A stretch of DNA of 20,000 bases from an uncultured virus (IMG/VR IMGVR_UViG_2049941000_000254) (lineage: Duplodnaviria; Heunggongvirae; Uroviricota; Caudoviricetes): IMG/VR virus record IMGVR_UViG_2049941000_000254; one strand, given 5' to 3'. Position numbers and translations under genes: made by a program. The notes under the pieces are model-generated. The model did no database searches, was not told where the DNA came from, and saw nothing but the letters and a program-made list of their open reading frames with translations. Positions 16,265-20,000 of the stretch are shown piece after piece. Positions within the stretch are counted from its first letter, which is position 1. Each line of letters begins with the position of its first letter.

Positions 16265-16316
16265 CCACCGTGTCCTACGGCCTCCGTGGACCGGGGGACC
16301 TGAGGATACATCGTGG
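16265..16316 (+). promoter_or_regulatory. Dispersed 50-bp element, copy 8
   Basis: ACCGTG 16267, GACCTGAGG 16297, CATCGT 16309. Heads a divergent gene cluster. Confidence 0.9.
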
Positions 16317-16343
16317 GAATGTTCAGTTGAAAAGGAGATCTAT

Positions 16344-16712
16344 ATGGCAACATCTATGGGAGTATTTACCGCAGTCATGTATCGTCAGCATCTGCATGAT
16401 AGCATTGTTGCCCGTGCGAAGTCCGAGCACCCCGATATGGGCACAGACGAACTGCGTGCGGTGTCCGTGAAGCTTTCCAAGCCCGTAAGTTTTACCTTGA
16501 AGCGTTTTCTCTGCGACCCGCTGAAAGTGAAAATCACTGCTATGGTGGCAGGTTCTGACGGGGTGCCGCGCATGGTCTGCGAATACAATGGCAAGGAAAG
16601 CCGCATTGACTTTGGCGAGATGCCGAACCATACCCTGCACAGGGTGTTGGAGCTGCTCAAGGCGCCAAAGACCGATATGAACGAATTGGTGTTCAAGGAA
16701 TTGAGCAAGTAG
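16344..16712 (+). CDS. Hypothetical protein (122 aa)
   Basis: AAGGAG RBS, follows element copy 8. Confidence 0.8.
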   Translation: MATSMGVFTAVMYRQHLHDSIVARAKSEHPDMGTDELRAVSVKLSKPVSFTLKRFLCDPLKVKITAMVAGSDGVPRMVCEYNGKESRIDFGEMPNHTLHRVLELLKAPKTDMNELVFKELSK

Positions 16713-16760
16713 GGAGAATGGTGCCCATATGGGCATCAGTTTCCACTGGAAACAATATGA

Positions 16761-16812
16761 CCACCGTGTATCGGCTGTCCCACGATTATGGGGACCTGAG
16801 GATACATCGTGG
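16761..16812 (+). promoter_or_regulatory. Dispersed 50-bp element, copy 9
   Basis: ACCGTG 16763, GACCTGAGG 16793, CATCGT 16805. Confidence 0.9.
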
Positions 16813-16873
16813 GAATGTAAATGAGGCAAGGGGAACCGCCTTTGAGAGTTCCCGACAAAAACGGAGTTCAACT

Positions 16874-17014
16874 ATGAAATATGGTGTTTTCGCAAATCTC
16901 ATCACGGGCAAGCAGCTTTTCAGCGTCCACCGCACCGAATCGGGTGCACAGAAGGCCTGCGCCAAGGCAGGCAAGAATGGGGCATCTTTCATGGTGCTCC
17001 CCATCAAGAAGTAA
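16874..17014 (+). CDS. Small basic protein (46 aa, MKYGVFANL...)
   Basis: GGAG RBS, lies between element copy 9 and a terminator. Confidence 0.7.
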   Translation: MKYGVFANLITGKQLFSVHRTESGAQKACAKAGKNGASFMVLPIKK

Positions 17015-17027
17015 CCATTAACCACAA

Positions 17028-17068
17028 AGGGCGGAACCCCTTACTCCCGGGGGTTCCGCCCTATTTTT
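17028..17068 (+). terminator. Intrinsic terminator
   Basis: AGGGCGGAACCCCT-loop-GGGGGTTCCGCCCT-ATTTTT. Confidence 0.85.
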
Positions 17069-17089
17069 GGGCATTTGTGGGTGCCGGAA

Positions 17090-17141
17090 CCACCGTGTCC
17101 GGAGTTACACCGGAACACGGGGATCTGATGGTACATCGTGG
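17090..17141 (+). promoter_or_regulatory. Dispersed 50-bp element, copy 10
   Basis: ACCGTG 17092, GATCTGATG 17122, CATCGT 17134. Directly after a terminator. Confidence 0.88.
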
Positions 17142-17166
17142 GGATGTTCAACGAAAGGAGATGCAT

Positions 17167-17343
17167 ATGTCGCAGGAAAGCAAGAAAATCGTCGGTTTCA
17201 TCAAGAACCTCGCAATCACCAATTCCGCCTATGTGGCGGTCTTGAACCGCCTCAAAATGATGACTGCCGACAAGCAGGAACGCTTTTTGAGCAAGTTTCA
17301 CGGAATGGAACTGTCTGATTTTATGATGGCTGTGGAGGGCTAA
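17167..17343 (+). CDS. Small hypothetical protein (58 aa)
   Basis: AAGGAG RBS 6 nt before ATG 17167. Confidence 0.75.
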   Translation: MSQESKKIVGFIKNLAITNSAYVAVLNRLKMMTADKQERFLSKFHGMELSDFMMAVEG

Positions 17344-17345
17344 AA

Positions 17346-17504
17346 ATGAAAAATAATTTTAAGAGTGCTGAAATTACGACCGACCGCACCAAAATGGCTC
17401 GTTCGTTCGCAAGGCAGATGGGCGTGAACGCACAGAAGGTCAAGGCCGAACGCAACCGCATTGACCGAGAGAAGAGGGAGAGGGTTCTTATGCGTGGATT
17501 CTAG
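17346..17504 (+). CDS. Small basic protein (52 aa, MKNNFKSAEI...; not in the ORF track)
   Basis: GGAGG RBS, starts 2 nt after the upstream stop, fills the space before copy 11. Confidence 0.6.
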   Translation: MKNNFKSAEITTDRTKMARSFARQMGVNAQKVKAERNRIDREKRERVLMRGF

Positions 17505-17550
17505 GGGAGAGGTGCTCAGGTGAACACTAATTCCCTCATGGACAGTGTTC

Positions 17551-17602
17551 CCACCGTGTATCATCTGTCCCCCGATCTTGGGGACCTGAGGATACATCGT
17601 GG
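17551..17602 (+). promoter_or_regulatory. Dispersed 50-bp element, copy 11
   Basis: ACCGTG 17553, GACCTGAGG 17583, CATCGT 17595. Confidence 0.9.
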
Positions 17603-17625
17603 GAATGTTCATTCAACAAGGAGAT

Positions 17626-19218
17626 ATGAAAATGGGAAANNNNNNNNNNGTACAAACAAAATGGAATCGCGATACCATTAGGGAGGCAATTCAAACCTGT
17701 GAAACAAGGTCTGAATTCAAGAGACGGTACGGCCAAGCATACCTGCAAATGCGTCGGCATGGGTGGCAGGATCTGCTAGCAGCACTTCCGTCAAGAAATG
17801 CCCCGTACTGGACATATGAGCGTGCCAGCGAACTTGTATCCAAATGTTCAACCAGGTTCCAGTTACGAAGTTCCTATCCCGCGGCGTATCATGCGATTAT
17901 CAAGCATGGGTGGGATGATTTACTATCGGACCTACCCGAAATAAGCAATCTCCCGGAGACAACGGTATGGTGTGTTTACTGCTGGCAATTTCATGGCATG
18001 CATACAGTCTATATAGGTTTGACATGCGATTACGAACGTAGAATCAATGAGGAATTGCGTTATTCGAGCGCAAGCCCGGTGCATGATTACATCGAACAGA
18101 GTGGGTGTACCTACAGCGTGCACCAGCTACATAGCAACCTTGGTGCAACGGACGCTGCGGATCTGGAAAGGGCCTATATTGCAAAATATAGGGCTGATGG
18201 ATACACATTGCTAAATAGGAATCAGGGCGGGTCGCTTGGTAGGTATAACGGGTTATGCGAGCCCTGCGTGAGCGACGACGAGCTGCTTGAAACGATATTT
18301 CGCAAGTTTAGCAGTTACAAGGACCTCCGGGTAAATGGTAAATCCCTATTGAACCAGGCCAGAAAGCGTGGATTGAAAAGTGCCATTACAGACATCCTGG
18401 TCCCGAAACCGTCAACGAGACCTCGATATGATAAAGCGGAATTGGAACAAAAAGTGGCCGAATGCAACGGAAACCGGGAACAGTTCAAAAATATGTACCC
18501 GGATGAATGGCATTATATCGGTACGCATGCATTAAAGCGTCATTTATTTCCAAGAAATGTTAAACCTAAGATTACAGTAGAATACTCATATGATGACATT
18601 TTGGATGCCGCCACACGAGTAAACGCTAGAACGTTAAGCCAGACGGAAGCCGGGAAGCTGTTTGGCCTAAGCAGGGCAAAATTCCGCCTATTATGCGATT
18701 CAATGGGAATATATTTACGGCCCTCCGGATACATACCGAAGGGAAATGGGTGGACCAAGGAGAAACTGGTTGCGGCAATACTTGATAAATGTCAGACAGT
18801 CAATGACTTACGCAAAAACAACACATTGAAAGTTGCTGCATACCGTCATGGTATTTACAATGAAGTTGTTTCAATGCTGCACCGTACAAAGCGGACCCAT
18901 GTCACCCACGAGGAAACCATGCAAGCGGCCAGCGAATGTCATACGCTCAATGAATTCGTTAAAAATTATCCATCGGAATACGCCGCCTGCCGCAACAATG
19001 GGTGGAATGACATATTGGATAGCCTAGGACGCACCTACAGGCCATCGGAAACAATTACGGATGAAGATATACGGTCAGCCTTGGCACAATGCAAGACAAG
19101 GACCGAATTCAACATTCGGTTCCGTAGTGAATCATACGCGGCAAAGAAACGCGGTATATATAATGAACTGGTGAACAGCTTACCCAAGCAATCCGGTAAA
19201 CGTGTAAAGAAAAAATAA
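17626..19218 (+). CDS. GIY-YIG nuclease (homing-endonuclease-like) with ~7 helical repeats
   Basis: CVYCW...VYIGLT.DYERR...LERAYI...LLN motif set. Repeats W..E.....C.TR.EF...YP.AY.....HGW.DLL. 10-N gap near the start. Confidence 0.8.
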   Translation: MKMGXXXXVQTKWNRDTIREAIQTCETRSEFKRRYGQAYLQMRRHGWQDLLAALPSRNAPYWTYERASELVSKCSTRFQLRSSYPAAYHAIIKHGWDDLLSDLPEISNLPETTVWCVYCWQFHGMHTVYIGLTCDYERRINEELRYSSASPVHDYIEQSGCTYSVHQLHSNLGATDAADLERAYIAKYRADGYTLLNRNQGGSLGRYNGLCEPCVSDDELLETIFRKFSSYKDLRVNGKSLLNQARKRGLKSAITDILVPKPSTRPRYDKAELEQKVAECNGNREQFKNMYPDEWHYIGTHALKRHLFPRNVKPKITVEYSYDDILDAATRVNARTLSQTEAGKLFGLSRAKFRLLCDSMGIYLRPSGYIPKGNGWTKEKLVAAILDKCQTVNDLRKNNTLKVAAYRHGIYNEVVSMLHRTKRTHVTHEETMQAASECHTLNEFVKNYPSEYAACRNNGWNDILDSLGRTYRPSETITDEDIRSALAQCKTRTEFNIRFRSESYAAKKRGIYNELVNSLPKQSGKRVKKK

Positions 19219-19321
19219 TACAGAATATCCCCGGTGGCCTTTCCTGTGCAACATGGCACCGGGCCAATTTCCAAAATATCAGGGGGGGGGTACCGGCGGT
19301 TGGAAAACTGGNNNNNNNNNN

Positions 19322-19457
19322 CCGGTGCCGGATCCTGGTCGGGGCACATGGACCGGATGGCGGGATATGCCCACCTGAGCCTGTCGATGAGGTGTTCGTC
19401 CTCGCGGAGGCGCCTCATGGTCAGTTCGAAATACTTTTCCCAGTGTTCTTGTGTCAT
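19322..19457 (-). CDS. Hypothetical protein, 5' part (end uncertain after gap)
   Basis: AGGAG RBS, MTQEHWEKYFEL... Confidence 0.55.
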
Positions 19458-19472
19458 GTATGCTCCTGGTTA

Positions 19473-19688
19473 TCAATCGGCATATTCGTATCTGAACCCG
19501 TGTACGGTCCGTTTACCGGGTTTATGTTTGCATAATGCTTCTATTGACGAGCCATAGGCATTTATATCCCTTGCGGCAGCTGCTACCGAATCGAAAGTGG
19601 CCAGTACGGTTCATGGTTCGGTTTGTATTTCGGTCACAATGTATCCATCAAGGCATGTATCATCCGTGCGGTCTGTTTCGGGATGCAT
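19473..19688 (-). pseudogene. NUMOD1-like DNA-binding domain remnant with an in-frame TGA
   Basis: MHPETD...QTEP*TVLATFDSVAAAARDINAYGSSIEALCKHKPGKRTVHGFRYEYAD*. Internal stop at 19613-19611. Confidence 0.55.
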
Positions 19689-19790
19689 AGCCTTCCCTTT
19701 CCGGTGAGCACGGTATCATAGTTTTCGGCTTCTCTCATAAACCACCATAAAGGAAGGCATCTTTCCAGAAGTTCTTTTGTAAACGGGAGT

Positions 19791-20000
19791 TTACACTCCG
19801 TATGATTTTGGCAGGGAGTCGAAAATATTGTCCGGGTCGTCGTCCGGGGAGATTGTACGACTGTAAGTATCCCCGTTAAATGCGTATCCCGGTCCTTTCC
19901 AGTTCAGGATGACGGCGCATTGGTGTTTCTTCGCTGCTTCTATTGCGTCCGCGATATCCTGTCTGGACGGTATTCCGTCGTCTACCCCCCCATGCATCCC
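19791..20000 (-). CDS. Hypothetical protein, 3' part (probably runs off the window)
   Basis: Open frame to the window edge. Confidence 0.55.
   Translation of the reverse strand, partial: GMHGGVDDGIPSRQDIADAIEAAKKHQCAVILNWKGPGYAFNGDTYSRTISPDDDPDNIFDSLPKSYGV

Noticed and set aside
2051..17602. Dispersed repeats as a CRISPR array or classical integron attC array
   Set aside because: Spacing is hundreds to thousands of bp with genes between, there are no cas or intI genes in the window, and no RYYYAAC/GTTRRRY ends.
19611..19613. In-frame TGA as evidence of stop-codon recoding
   Set aside because: TGA terminates several coupled genes here (ATGA overlaps at 5445, 7377 and 15147), and conserved genes are uninterrupted in the standard code.
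19635..19715. Minus-strand ACCGTGCTCAC and GGATACATTGTG resembling the element boxes
   Set aside because: The offset is 73 rather than 42 and there is no middle box.

Overview
Gapped (N-containing) scaffold fragment, most likely the accessory/early region of a large bacteriophage. It has dense short hypothetical genes with AAGGAG/GAGG-type RBSs and no structural or housekeeping genes. Recognisable products: a soluble FtsK-type motor, a divergent sigma70-family factor, a TnpB-only IS200/IS605-family element (11076-12544) with both ends definable, a T3 SAM-lyase-like protein, a histidine phosphatase, a HAD hydrolase and a repeat-rich GIY-YIG nuclease. The strongest signal is a ~50-bp element found 11 times (10 complete, 1 cut by a gap), always on the + strand and upstream of a gene start. 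Its spacing is invariant (ACCGTG-N24-GACCYGRKG-N3-CATCGT) and it folds into a covarying imperfect hairpin. One copy lies directly upstream of the sigma-factor gene, suggesting a phage-specific hairpin-promoter or cassette system. A separate host-type promoter class (TTGCCA-N17-TACATT) precedes two other genes, including the SAM-lyase-like gene.
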